The translations under genes and the position numbers were made by a program. From Pyrodictium delaneyi (GTDB lineage Archaea; Thermoproteota; Thermoprotei_A; Sulfolobales; Pyrodictiaceae), in the NCBI RefSeq assembly GCF_001412615.1, contig NZ_CP013011.1, positions 1,080,001 through 1,112,000 of the forward strand: a DNA stretch of 32,000 nt. The letters run 5' to 3'. Below are positions 7,602 to 15,591 of this stretch, in pieces (position 1 is the stretch's first letter; each line of letters opens with the position of its first letter). The notes beneath the pieces are model-generated. The model worked only from the letters and a program-made list of their open reading frames with translations, was not told where the DNA came from and did not search any database.

Positions 7602-7961
7602 TTGCAGCTAATCGACGCTATACGCACCAGTCTTAAAGCTGCAAAGGTGCCGGGACAAGTATCAGCCAAAGCCATAGCACTTGTTGAAGAAGTCTTAGAA
7701 ACATACAACATAAGAAGTACAAGGGAGCTCTATGAACTGCCCGATTGGAATCTATGGCTTGTTATGATAAAGTCGCTGTTATCGCCTCTCTCTAGGCTTC
7801 TTCGTAGAGAAGGCTACTGTCATGCCAATAGCTTCGTTGTAGGTGCCCTAATGACGCTAGACGAGCGCATAGCAGCATTGATACGTGAGTGGGTTAGGAC
7901 TAGATGTAGCGCTGGAAACGATCCGTGCTGTAAGAATCCGCCATGTTGCAATCTAGTCTAG
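7602..7961 (+). CDS. Hypothetical protein with Cys-rich C-terminal tail
   Basis: The start is TTG. The C-terminus reads RCSAGNDPCCKNPPCCNLV, with five Cys in the last 18 residues. Confidence 0.45.
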   Translation: MQLIDAIRTSLKAAKVPGQVSAKAIALVEEVLETYNIRSTRELYELPDWNLWLVMIKSLLSPLSRLLRREGYCHANSFVVGALMTLDERIAALIREWVRTRCSAGNDPCCKNPPCCNLV

Positions 7962-8048
7962 TCTCCACGGGGCCGATAGCTAGATCATACGCTCCCGGCC
8001 ACTTGTAGTATAACAGGGTAACGTGCCTATAAGAGGAGGTAGGAGACG

Positions 8049-8639
8049 TTGGAGAAGCTCGATTTATCAAACGTACCGCTTAGGCCTACTTCGAAGAGAG
8101 AGATCAAGCTTCTTGAGACAGCACTCATAGTAGGAACGCTCTATCGCCCAGACATAATGGAACTGATAAAGGACCCATTAGAGAAGGCTACGTGGCTAGA
8201 CAGCCTTGCTGTAGCTGCTGCAGCGCTAGCAAGGGAGAAAGCTGGCTACACCGTGAGCCAGATCGCAGAGGAGCTGGGCCGCAGCGAGACTACAATACGT
8301 GCACACTTAAGCGGCAAAACAAAGGCCGGCAAAATTGTCCGCGAAACTTACGAGAAGATTGCAAGAGGCGAACTAGAGCTAACTATACCATTCATATCCA
8401 GCGAGGCCCAGGAGCTACGCGAAGAGCTAGAAAGACTTAGACACGAGAATGAGAAACTTAAGCGCGAGATAGAAAAGTGCCAAGATGTCGAGGCTGTTAG
8501 GAAGCAGTTAGAGGAGATACGACAAGAAATAGAGAAGTTAGAGGCTGAAAAGAGAGAGCTAGAGACACGCCTAGAGGAGTGCAGCGAGAAGACCAGGCTG
8601 CTCGATGAAGTTCGCAAGATAGTCTGTAGCTCCGAGTAA
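8049..8639 (+). CDS. HTH DNA-binding protein with long C-terminal coiled-coil
   Basis: A strong GAGGAGGT lies upstream of the TTG start. GYTVSQIAEELGRSETTIRAHLSG is a sigma70-r4/LuxR-like HTH. The C-terminal 70 aa form heptad-like E/K/R/L repeats. Confidence 0.65.
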   Translation: MEKLDLSNVPLRPTSKREIKLLETALIVGTLYRPDIMELIKDPLEKATWLDSLAVAAAALAREKAGYTVSQIAEELGRSETTIRAHLSGKTKAGKIVRETYEKIARGELELTIPFISSEAQELREELERLRHENEKLKREIEKCQDVEAVRKQLEEIRQEIEKLEAEKRELETRLEECSEKTRLLDEVRKIVCSSE

Positions 8640-8692
8640 CTAGCAGCTCCCCATCTATATGCACAGCCATACTTTGTCTAGAGGGATCGGAG

Positions 8693-9106
8693 TTGCCGTG
8701 TCCCTGGTTTCGTGGAGGACTCTGCACTTCACCCAAACTATCAAGACCATCATCTGCCGTTACATCGCCTACAAGGTGCCAGGGTAACGAGGCAGAGTAT
8801 GTTGCATGCCAGTTCTACGTAGAGCCCGACAGCGGGAGTAAACGACGTTCACCACTAGAATCTGGAGTAAAGCCCGCAATAGCTCAGCAGCTAAGGCCTT
8901 ATCCACCCATACATCTGCTTCACTCTAAACCACGTTCACGCTGCCCGTTCATAAAGATCTACGACTATAGCGGTGGATACCTAGCCCAGTGCCAAGTGTT
9001 AGGCAGACTACTTACTAGAAGCGAAGCAGAGACATGTGAGAAGTACTGGTCCTCCTGCCCCTTCTACCGAATGGGACTACACCAGAGAAGTGCAGAAGAG
9101 GCCTAA
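8693..9106 (+). CDS. Cysteine-rich protein with two C4 modules
   Basis: The start is TTG. Module 1 is CPWFRGGLC..x17..C..x9..CQFY. Module 2 is CPFIKIYDYSGGYLAQC..x14..C..x6..CPFY. Confidence 0.55.
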   Translation: MPCPWFRGGLCTSPKLSRPSSAVTSPTRCQGNEAEYVACQFYVEPDSGSKRRSPLESGVKPAIAQQLRPYPPIHLLHSKPRSRCPFIKIYDYSGGYLAQCQVLGRLLTRSEAETCEKYWSSCPFYRMGLHQRSAEEA

Positions 9107-9423
9107 GCTGCTATGTTTGCTACTGGAGGCAGAGGGAACCCCGCCACACCAACACCAGCCGCACCACCTACCATTGCAAGAAGGTAATCTGCAAGCTTTT
9201 CCACATCAGCCCTAACCGAGGGAAGATACACTTCAACATTATTCACAAACACTATTGGTTCAAAGGAGTCCTCTATATCGAGTGCTGGTATTGTAACCTC
9301 TGTATAGTCTACCGGTATGCCAAGCTCTCTTAGAAGCTCGGCTACAGCTCTCGCGTTCTCGCGTACGCCATGACTTATCGGGCCGTATCCGTGTATGACC
9401 GTTATTTCGAGCAGAGGCTGCAT
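9103..9423 (-). CDS. Hypothetical small alpha/beta protein with Gly/Ala/Val/Pro-rich tail
   Basis: The ORF is open to ATG 9435. ATG 9423 (MQPLLEITVIHGYGP) lies about 28 nt downstream of GCTATACCC. I recognise no family. Confidence 0.5.
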   Translation of the reverse strand: MQPLLEITVIHGYGPISHGVRENARAVAELLRELGIPVDYTEVTIPALDIEDSFEPIVFVNNVEVYLPSVRADVEKLADYLLAMVGGAAGVGVAGFPLPPVANIAA

Positions 9424-9578
9424 AGCTAGCCCCATATCTGCCGGGTATAGCGCTACTGTGAGGCTGGTTAGCCTACAGACGAAATAATACGCTATTTAGC
9501 AACTAGCTTATTATAGCTGTGATACCCGATATAAGCCGTCACTGCCTGCTAAACCGATACACTGGGGGACCAATAGCA

Positions 9579-10691
9579 ATGCAGGATGCCCAGAAGCTCA
9601 CCGTGGATAAGAGGATGCTAAAACAGATAATAAAGGAGCTCAAGAAGTGGAAGGCACCAGCCACTGTACTTCTGAGCCTCTACATACCGCCAGGGAGGCC
9701 AATAAGCGACGTAGCTAGCCTCCTTCGCACAGAGTATTCAATAACAGACAACATTAAGCTGAAGAGGACCCGCGACGCCGTACAGCGTGCACTTTCAGCC
9801 GCCATGGATCGACTGAGCCGTATACAGAAGCTTCCACCCAACGGCCTCGTACTATTCTGTGGCGAGGACATGGAAACGCGAGACTTCATCTGCCTAATGT
9901 TCTCACCACCAGAACCAGTACCAGTATTCTTCTACCGTACAGACAAGTGGTTCCATACAGAATTTCTCGAAGAGATGGTAGAGCACGAGGAGACGTTCGG
10001 GCTAGTAATCGTCGAGAGGGACCAAGCCACTATAGGCTTGCTAAAGGGCAGCAGGATACAAGTACTAGAAGAGATGGAGGGTTACGTGCCAGGCAAACAC
10101 CATAAGGGCGGCCAGAGCCAGAGACGTTTCGACCGCCAAATAGAGCAGTTCGTCAAGGGCTTCTACCGTGAAGTAGCAGAAGCTATGAATAAGCACTTTC
10201 TACCACTCATACAGAAGAACGTGCTGAAAGCCATAATAATTGGCGGGCCTGGCTATGCTAAGCAAGACTTCCTCGAAGAGGCAAAGGACTTCCTAGACTA
10301 CCGCGTAAGACAGAAGATAGCCAAGGAGACTATCGACGTAGCATATCAGGGCGAGGCCGGTCTCCGCGAGTTAGTCATAAAGGCCTCTGATGTAATAACT
10401 AAGAACAAGTATGCAGAGCTTGTAAAAGCTATTGAAGAGTTTAAGCTGCACCTAGCTAAGGATGACGGGCTAGCCGTCTATGGTGACAAGATGGTGAAGC
10501 AAGCCCTACAGATGGGTGCTTTAAAGTTCATAATTCTCGATGAGAACAGGGATGACGCAGATGCGCTAGCCGATGAAGCCAAGAAGTATAGTACACAAGT
10601 ATACTTCCTTAGCGGCGATATACCTGAAGCAGAGTGGATACGAAAAACCTTCAAGGGTCTTGTAGGTGTGCTCCGTTTCAGACTCACTTAA
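9579..10691 (+). CDS. prf1: Peptide chain release factor aRF1
   Basis: A GGQ motif (HHKGGQSQRRF) and eRF1-like domains 1-3 are recognisable. The likely start is ATG 9579 (MQDAQKL), while the ORF track begins at GTG 9519. Confidence 0.95.
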   Translation: MQDAQKLTVDKRMLKQIIKELKKWKAPATVLLSLYIPPGRPISDVASLLRTEYSITDNIKLKRTRDAVQRALSAAMDRLSRIQKLPPNGLVLFCGEDMETRDFICLMFSPPEPVPVFFYRTDKWFHTEFLEEMVEHEETFGLVIVERDQATIGLLKGSRIQVLEEMEGYVPGKHHKGGQSQRRFDRQIEQFVKGFYREVAEAMNKHFLPLIQKNVLKAIIIGGPGYAKQDFLEEAKDFLDYRVRQKIAKETIDVAYQGEAGLRELVIKASDVITKNKYAELVKAIEEFKLHLAKDDGLAVYGDKMVKQALQMGALKFIILDENRDDADALADEAKKYSTQVYFLSGDIPEAEWIRKTFKGLVGVLRFRLT

Positions 10692-10780
10692 ACCCAGGCA
10701 TCGTTACATCTCCTCATAGAGGATTAGGCCGGAAAAGCCATTCATAACCGATAGCCTGGGGAAGGGAAGGGGCGCTTGTT

Positions 10781-12031
10781 TTGGGTCGCCGTATACCACC
10801 ACAACTATGCGCCCGGTGTAAGGGCTACAAGAAGCTCTGTGGTCTATCTACCTGCCCAATCCTAGAGAAGTTTAGACTCCAAGCAGCAGCGGTATCGAGG
10901 TTGCAAAGAGGTCGCGAGGTCGAGGGTGCTACCCCGCCTAGCATAGTTGTGGGTGAGGCTGGGTACCCGCGGGTCCCAATACTATTCAACATCCCTCCGG
11001 AGACCTACGGAGAAGATGCCCATCTCTACGATGCTCCTGAGGTATGGAGGGAGACTCGGCCCAGTCTAAGAGAGCTGCTTAGGCTACGCTCAGGTCTAGT
11101 AGCTTCTCTTACAAGGCTCGATGCACGGAACCCCTGGAGGCTCTATGAGAAAGAGTTCTCCCTTGCAGCTGTATCGGAGAGAGCCGTAGAGAGCCGGGCC
11201 GTACTCGCCAAGCCTCCGCTGCCGAGTCTCCGGTTCGACGGCATCCTAGCACCTCAAGGGCCCACCGCTCCGGCAGAGAGAATAGACGTGGAGGGCTCAC
11301 CAAAACCCCCTAGGAGACTCGAGAAGCTCATATGGGACGATGCAAAGAGTAGCGACGCAATAATAGAACTCTACCAGAGTGGTCTAGACATATATTTACT
11401 TATTAGGGCGTTATCTCTGGGACTACTGGGTAGGCTCCGGAGCCGGAGACTCGTTCCGACACGCTGGGCCATAACGGCAGTGGACCAGACTATATCCAAT
11501 AAGCTCTTACACGAAGTTAGAACTTACGACACTATCAACTATGTCGAGGTTTACCATGGCGGTTATCTTGGCAATTACTTCACCGTCATATTGATTCCAG
11601 GGAGCTATGAAGCAGAAATGATAGAGGTTTGGCACCCGCTCACACCTTGGACTCGCGTCACCAGTCGTCCTGTATCGTTCCGTATAGTGGAGTATCCTAG
11701 CCTTCGCATCGAGCCACTTGATGGAGGCTATATAGCTGCTAGGCTCGCCGTGGCAGAGCATCTCTACCGCCGCAGAAGACAAGCCAAGGTACTCATAGTG
11801 AGAGAGATTACTAGAGACTACTATGCTCCAGTCGGTAACTGGCATATTCGCGAAACAGTCCGGAGAATACTGTCATCAAAACCAATAGCTACGTTAGATG
11901 ATGTAGACTCGGCCATACCCATAGTGGAGAAGCTGGCAAAATCGAGAGAGGCTGCTGTCGAGGCTAGGAATAGCCGGCTTCTAAGGAAGATACGGTCCTC
12001 TGCCACTCTAGACATGTTTCTGAAGAGGTAA
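10781..12031 (+). CDS. nreA: Nre family DNA repair protein (DUF650/DUF651)
   Basis: The N-terminal signature CARCKGYKKLCGLSTCPILEKF matches, and a length of about 416 aa is typical of archaeal Nre. The start is TTG. Confidence 0.75.
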   Translation: MGRRIPPQLCARCKGYKKLCGLSTCPILEKFRLQAAAVSRLQRGREVEGATPPSIVVGEAGYPRVPILFNIPPETYGEDAHLYDAPEVWRETRPSLRELLRLRSGLVASLTRLDARNPWRLYEKEFSLAAVSERAVESRAVLAKPPLPSLRFDGILAPQGPTAPAERIDVEGSPKPPRRLEKLIWDDAKSSDAIIELYQSGLDIYLLIRALSLGLLGRLRSRRLVPTRWAITAVDQTISNKLLHEVRTYDTINYVEVYHGGYLGNYFTVILIPGSYEAEMIEVWHPLTPWTRVTSRPVSFRIVEYPSLRIEPLDGGYIAARLAVAEHLYRRRRQAKVLIVREITRDYYAPVGNWHIRETVRRILSSKPIATLDDVDSAIPIVEKLAKSREAAVEARNSRLLRKIRSSATLDMFLKR

Positions 12032-12114
12032 CATCTACGCAGGGCTACATTGAAGAGGTAGCTACCATTTAACCCTACAACATTACACGAGACTTCTAGT
12101 GCTGGGGGTGGACT

Positions 12115-12870
12115 GTGCCCCAGCTCTCAACAGGGCTCATTATAGCTGGTGCGTATGCGGATAAGCTGCGCCGCGTACTATTTGCTCAGCTGAAGAACGA
12201 TATCAAGAGTGGCAAGATAGACTCCAAGCAAGTTGCACGCCGTGCAGGCGAAATGAATCGTCTCCTCTTCGAGATCCTTGTTAACAGGTTAAAGCTCGAC
12301 AAGGGCGATGCAGTCCGTATACGTGTAGAGTACGAACTCAGGGATGGTGACATAGTCTGGAGGCTAAATACGCTAAGGATAGAAGCTTTCCGGAGAATAC
12401 CCGACAGCGACATAGAGAAGGCTATACGCGATGTAGTCGAGAAGGCTGAAGATGTTCTAGCCCGGCCAGAAACAGAAGAAGAGCGCTTATGGACCACGAG
12501 AACCGAGGCCGAGGTCGAGCATGAGATAAAAGAGTCGCAAAAGCAGGAAAAGCCTCCAGTAGAACTGGCTGAGGCTATAGTTTACGGCCGAACTAGGAGA
12601 GACGAACACCTCGCAATACTAAAGGATGAAAACGAGAACAATGTCGGACTAGCCATACTAAGTGGTCAAGACAACATTACACGCATAGTGGTAGTGCTTG
12701 TCCCCGGAAAGGATGCTTATAAAACTGAACTCACTGTGGACACCAAGATAGAGGAGCTAAGCAATAATCCTGAAAAAATAGTTGAAGCCGTAAAGCATGC
12801 TAGTTTCGAAAAGATAAGCCGTAGTGAAGCAGAGAAAATAATTAGAGAGAAGATGGAGGAAATGCTATAG
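12115..12870 (+). CDS. Conserved archaeal protein, DUF2258-like
   Basis: The N-terminus LSTGLIIAGAYADKLRRVLFAQL matches my memory of the family. The GTG start is preceded by GGGGGTGGA. Confidence 0.6.
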   Translation: MPQLSTGLIIAGAYADKLRRVLFAQLKNDIKSGKIDSKQVARRAGEMNRLLFEILVNRLKLDKGDAVRIRVEYELRDGDIVWRLNTLRIEAFRRIPDSDIEKAIRDVVEKAEDVLARPETEEERLWTTRTEAEVEHEIKESQKQEKPPVELAEAIVYGRTRRDEHLAILKDENENNVGLAILSGQDNITRIVVVLVPGKDAYKTELTVDTKIEELSNNPEKIVEAVKHASFEKISRSEAEKIIREKMEEML

Positions 12871-12892
12871 ACATCCTTGAATGCCAGAAAAT

Positions 12893-12960
12893 GCCGGCTC
12901 AGCGAGGTCTCCACACCACATACTATTCTTTCGGCATAAATTGGCATCATCACAGCCGAC
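12893..12960 (-). ncRNA. C/D box sRNA (2-prime-O-methylation guide) candidate
   Basis: Reading the minus strand gives GUCGGCU-GUGAUGA-UGCCAAUUUAUG-CCGA-AAGAAUAGU-AUGUGGU-GUGGAGACCUCG-CUGA-GCCGGC. The C box is perfect, with exactly 12 nt to D-prime (CCGA). A 9-nt linker follows, then a degenerate C-prime, then exactly 12 nt to a perfect D box. A 6-bp terminal stem (5 WC plus 1 GU) closes it. The C-to-D length of 55 nt is typical for archaea. Confidence 0.6.
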
Positions 12961-12999
12961 CCAGCACGAGATACCGTTTTTGCCAAGTAAGAATACCCT

Positions 13000-13008
13000 T
13001 TTATATAA
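13000..13008. promoter_or_regulatory. Palindromic TATA element TTTATATAA, possibly bidirectional
   Basis: It lies about 26 nt upstream of a predicted plus-strand start near 13030 (ATG 13051). It lies about 44 nt upstream of the 5-prime end of the minus-strand C/D sRNA candidate. Confidence 0.4.
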
Positions 13009-13050
13009 CCTGCAAGTATAGTATGATAAGAATCGGTGAATACTACCGCC

Positions 13051-13293
13051 ATGGATAAGACTACAGCTTCTCCAAACATTGAAGACAAACAACGCATAAG
13101 TCTAGACACGCAAAATAATAAATCGATTATTGACATACCTCTTGACGCTATAAGTGATGCATGGATTCAGCATGGCTACATTTACCTCCAGCTCGCAAAC
13201 GGCAAGATACTATCAATTCCAGCCAATAAGCATACAACATCGATATACTGGGAGGTGAAACTCCGAAACCGCAGGAGAGCATTCGGGCTCTAG
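13051..13293 (+). CDS. Hypothetical small protein (80 aa)
   Basis: ATG 13051 lies downstream of the TATA at 13000-13008 and of a GGTGA motif. Codon usage is AT-rich. I recognise no family. Confidence 0.4.
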   Translation: MDKTTASPNIEDKQRISLDTQNNKSIIDIPLDAISDAWIQHGYIYLQLANGKILSIPANKHTTSIYWEVKLRNRRRAFGL

Positions 13294-13712
13294 CAAATAC
13301 ATGGTAAGGGTCTCACTATTGTATAGACTTCTCTTTTACGGCTTAATAACGTTATGAAGGCTTCTTCTCCACCAGCTTCTCGTGACTTGCTGGTATTCTT
13401 ACTACAACTACTCCTAGCTGACTGCCTGGTTGCTACGGTATTGCTTACAAGGCTGAGCATGCCTGCAGTATTTCTCTGAATCAGGGTAACTTGATTGTTA
13501 TCCCAACAGGATATTCTGGCAAGCACCTACATGTATTATGGATAAGTTTTGCAGGTTTGTATAAACCAGTCTTTATCTTAGTAGAGATAATATAGGTGAG
13601 AGCAATAACTTCAAGCAAGACAGTGAAGCTTACGGTATTCCCGTGACAAGAATACCCATGTTCCAGGCGAAACGTAGGGGTGGAGGATATAGATGGGATA
13701 TAGAACTGCAGT

Positions 13713-14489
13713 CTATGATATAGCACGAATGCACGCAGAGATGGCATTCTTGATCTTTTTTGATAGTCCAACACGCATGCCGAGCCTACGATCATTATAT
13801 AGATAGACAAGCCCCTTTGTCTGGAGACTTCGAAGGATACTCATTAACCATATTCTATCTGCTTCAAGCTCTCTTTCTAGCTGGTCTAGGTACATGTAGG
13901 TCATGCCCCACCGTCTATAGTGTTCTAACAGTAATTCGAGTACTTGCCTCTCGTCCTCATCTATCTCCAGATCTTCCAGCAGCGCTCTACTGCATGATGC
14001 CAGTAGGTGTTCTTGTGATTTATTGTCTGCGTTAATAGTTAATTGTGCAATAAACGGCTGGAATTCGCCTGACTGTTGGCGGGGGGTAAGGCTACTTTTG
14101 TGTTTCATTGCCAGAGAATTATGTTCTACAGATGATGAAGCTATTTGACGTGCTAGAGCGGCATATTGTGCAACCCTAGAGTTCATCTCACGTTCAAGGA
14201 TGTTTTTAGCAAAGTCTTCTCCGGCAGGTGTGAGCACCCAGAATCCGTTCTCGTAATCGAATAGACCACGGGTCCTCCAGTAGCTTAGGTAACTACTCAC
14301 GTACCTGGTAGGTTTGCCGAGTACTTGTGCTATCTCGGCGGCCCTCATCGGCCGGGCGAGTAGCAGAACAGCTATCGCCTCTACGAGTCTGCTACGCGGC
14401 CCTCCCTTTTGCTTCCCGTCAGGCTCGTACCTGCTGCTCTCGGCGAGTCCTGGTGCAGCATCTGCGGTGGCAGTATAGCGTCTTCTCAT
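13713..14489 (-). CDS. Protein with two winged-helix DNA-binding domains
   Basis: The N-terminal wHTH is LVEAIAVLLLARPMRAAEIAQVLGKPTRYVSSYLSYWRTRGLF. The C-terminal wHTH-like segment is ILRSLQTKGLVYLYNDRRLGMRVGLS. A TATA-like TTCTATACATATC lies about 25-35 nt upstream of the ATG, which fits a leaderless start. Confidence 0.6.
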   Translation of the reverse strand: MRRRYTATADAAPGLAESSRYEPDGKQKGGPRSRLVEAIAVLLLARPMRAAEIAQVLGKPTRYVSSYLSYWRTRGLFDYENGFWVLTPAGEDFAKNILEREMNSRVAQYAALARQIASSSVEHNSLAMKHKSSLTPRQQSGEFQPFIAQLTINADNKSQEHLLASCSRALLEDLEIDEDERQVLELLLEHYRRWGMTYMYLDQLERELEADRIWLMSILRSLQTKGLVYLYNDRRLGMRVGLSKKIKNAISACIRAIS

Positions 14490-14649
14490 AGACAGCCCCG
14501 GTGTAGAAATGGATGATATGTATAGAAGCTCAGCCAGTCGGGTTAGTAATACTCTACCCGGATCTCGTCTTTACGAGTGTCAATATGACGGCGTGGCGAC
14601 GGGTTGGGTTTATTGAATCCTAGAGGGGGAATACTGAGGTGTATAACGA

Positions 14650-15492
14650 ATGGTGTTACGCATACTGGTCTCTGGACTTCTCGAGTTTGACTCTGGCAAG
14701 ACGTGGACCGTAATAGCGTTGGCTAAGCATCTTAGAGAGCTAGGCTTGCGTGTATCCGTATTCAAACCTGTAGCAGGCCATAATCTCTGGGGGTCCGTGA
14801 AGGCTCTCAAAAAGAGTATTGAGGTAGGTATGCTGGTCGGAAACGATGTTACGGCATACATGGAGTATCTTGGCGACATTAAGCCTGGCCCTAGTAACCC
14901 TATAGCATTGGCTCTAGCGTATCCTGATCCTCTCAGTTTCCGTGGAGTTGCGCAGTACTTGTCTATGCTCAGTGATACAGCCTCTATGCTTGTGCTTGCA
15001 CGTGTTTATGATTGTAAGAGAAATGTAGCTAGGCACTATGTATTCGTAGAGAATGTTGCTAGGCTAACAAACTCTGTAAGGCGAAATGTAGAGGATCTCG
15101 CGGAGAAGTTTAAGGCAGTCCCGGCGGATCCAAGGAGTATGCTCGAGTCACTTTCCGGGCATGGCGCTGTACCCGTTCTGGAAGGATGTAGAGAAGTTCT
15201 AGAAGAGGGCTTAGACGTTCTGATAGTAGAGTCTTTCAATAATGCTGTCGCACCCTATACGAGAGTTGTGGATCTAGTCGACTTCTTCATAATTGTTGCT
15301 CCTGGGAGGTTAATGTTGTACAGTGGTGACAGGCTTAGGAATGTGTATAGTATTCTCGGCGGTGCTAGTCGTGTGGATAGACTTCTTTCAGCGCTTTCAA
15401 GGCCGCTTGTAACACTAGAGCTGCCACTAGTAGAGAGCCCTACAGAGCTAGCCCAGTATCTTTCTCCTGTCGCGGAGGCTATAGCCCCGTAA
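14650..15492 (+). CDS. Predicted P-loop NTPase (BioD/CobQ-like deviant Walker A)
   Basis: The N-terminal segment ILVSGLLEFDSGKTWTVIALAKHLRELG matches. GAGGTG lies 9 nt upstream of the ATG. Confidence 0.6.
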   Translation: MVLRILVSGLLEFDSGKTWTVIALAKHLRELGLRVSVFKPVAGHNLWGSVKALKKSIEVGMLVGNDVTAYMEYLGDIKPGPSNPIALALAYPDPLSFRGVAQYLSMLSDTASMLVLARVYDCKRNVARHYVFVENVARLTNSVRRNVEDLAEKFKAVPADPRSMLESLSGHGAVPVLEGCREVLEEGLDVLIVESFNNAVAPYTRVVDLVDFFIIVAPGRLMLYSGDRLRNVYSILGGASRVDRLLSALSRPLVTLELPLVESPTELAQYLSPVAEAIAP

Positions 15493-15591
15493 CCTCACAA
15501 GGTATAGTAAAATAGCGATAGATGCGAGGACTCCGTACTCTAGGCAAAGTCTGTCGGGCTATTAGTCTACGAATGGGAGGTGGATATTGAG

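Noticed and set aside
12717-13136. Minus-strand ORFs of 139 aa and 75 aa (12865-13092) spanning the end of the DUF2258 gene and the intergenic region.
   Set aside because: They overlap the 3-prime end of a good gene and have an implausible hydrophobic/Ser-rich composition. The locus is better explained by the C/D box sRNA and a bidirectional TATA element.
13290-13810. Minus-strand ORFs 13290-13526 and 13481-13810.
   Set aside because: The sequences are low in complexity. The second overlaps the 3-prime end of the double-wHTH gene. There is no start context, so I treat them as noncoding.
14585-14636. AUGACGG ... CUGA with roughly C/D-like spacing upstream of gene 14650.
   Set aside because: Both C-type boxes are degenerate. 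The CUGA is part of the CTGAGGTG Shine-Dalgarno region of the downstream gene.
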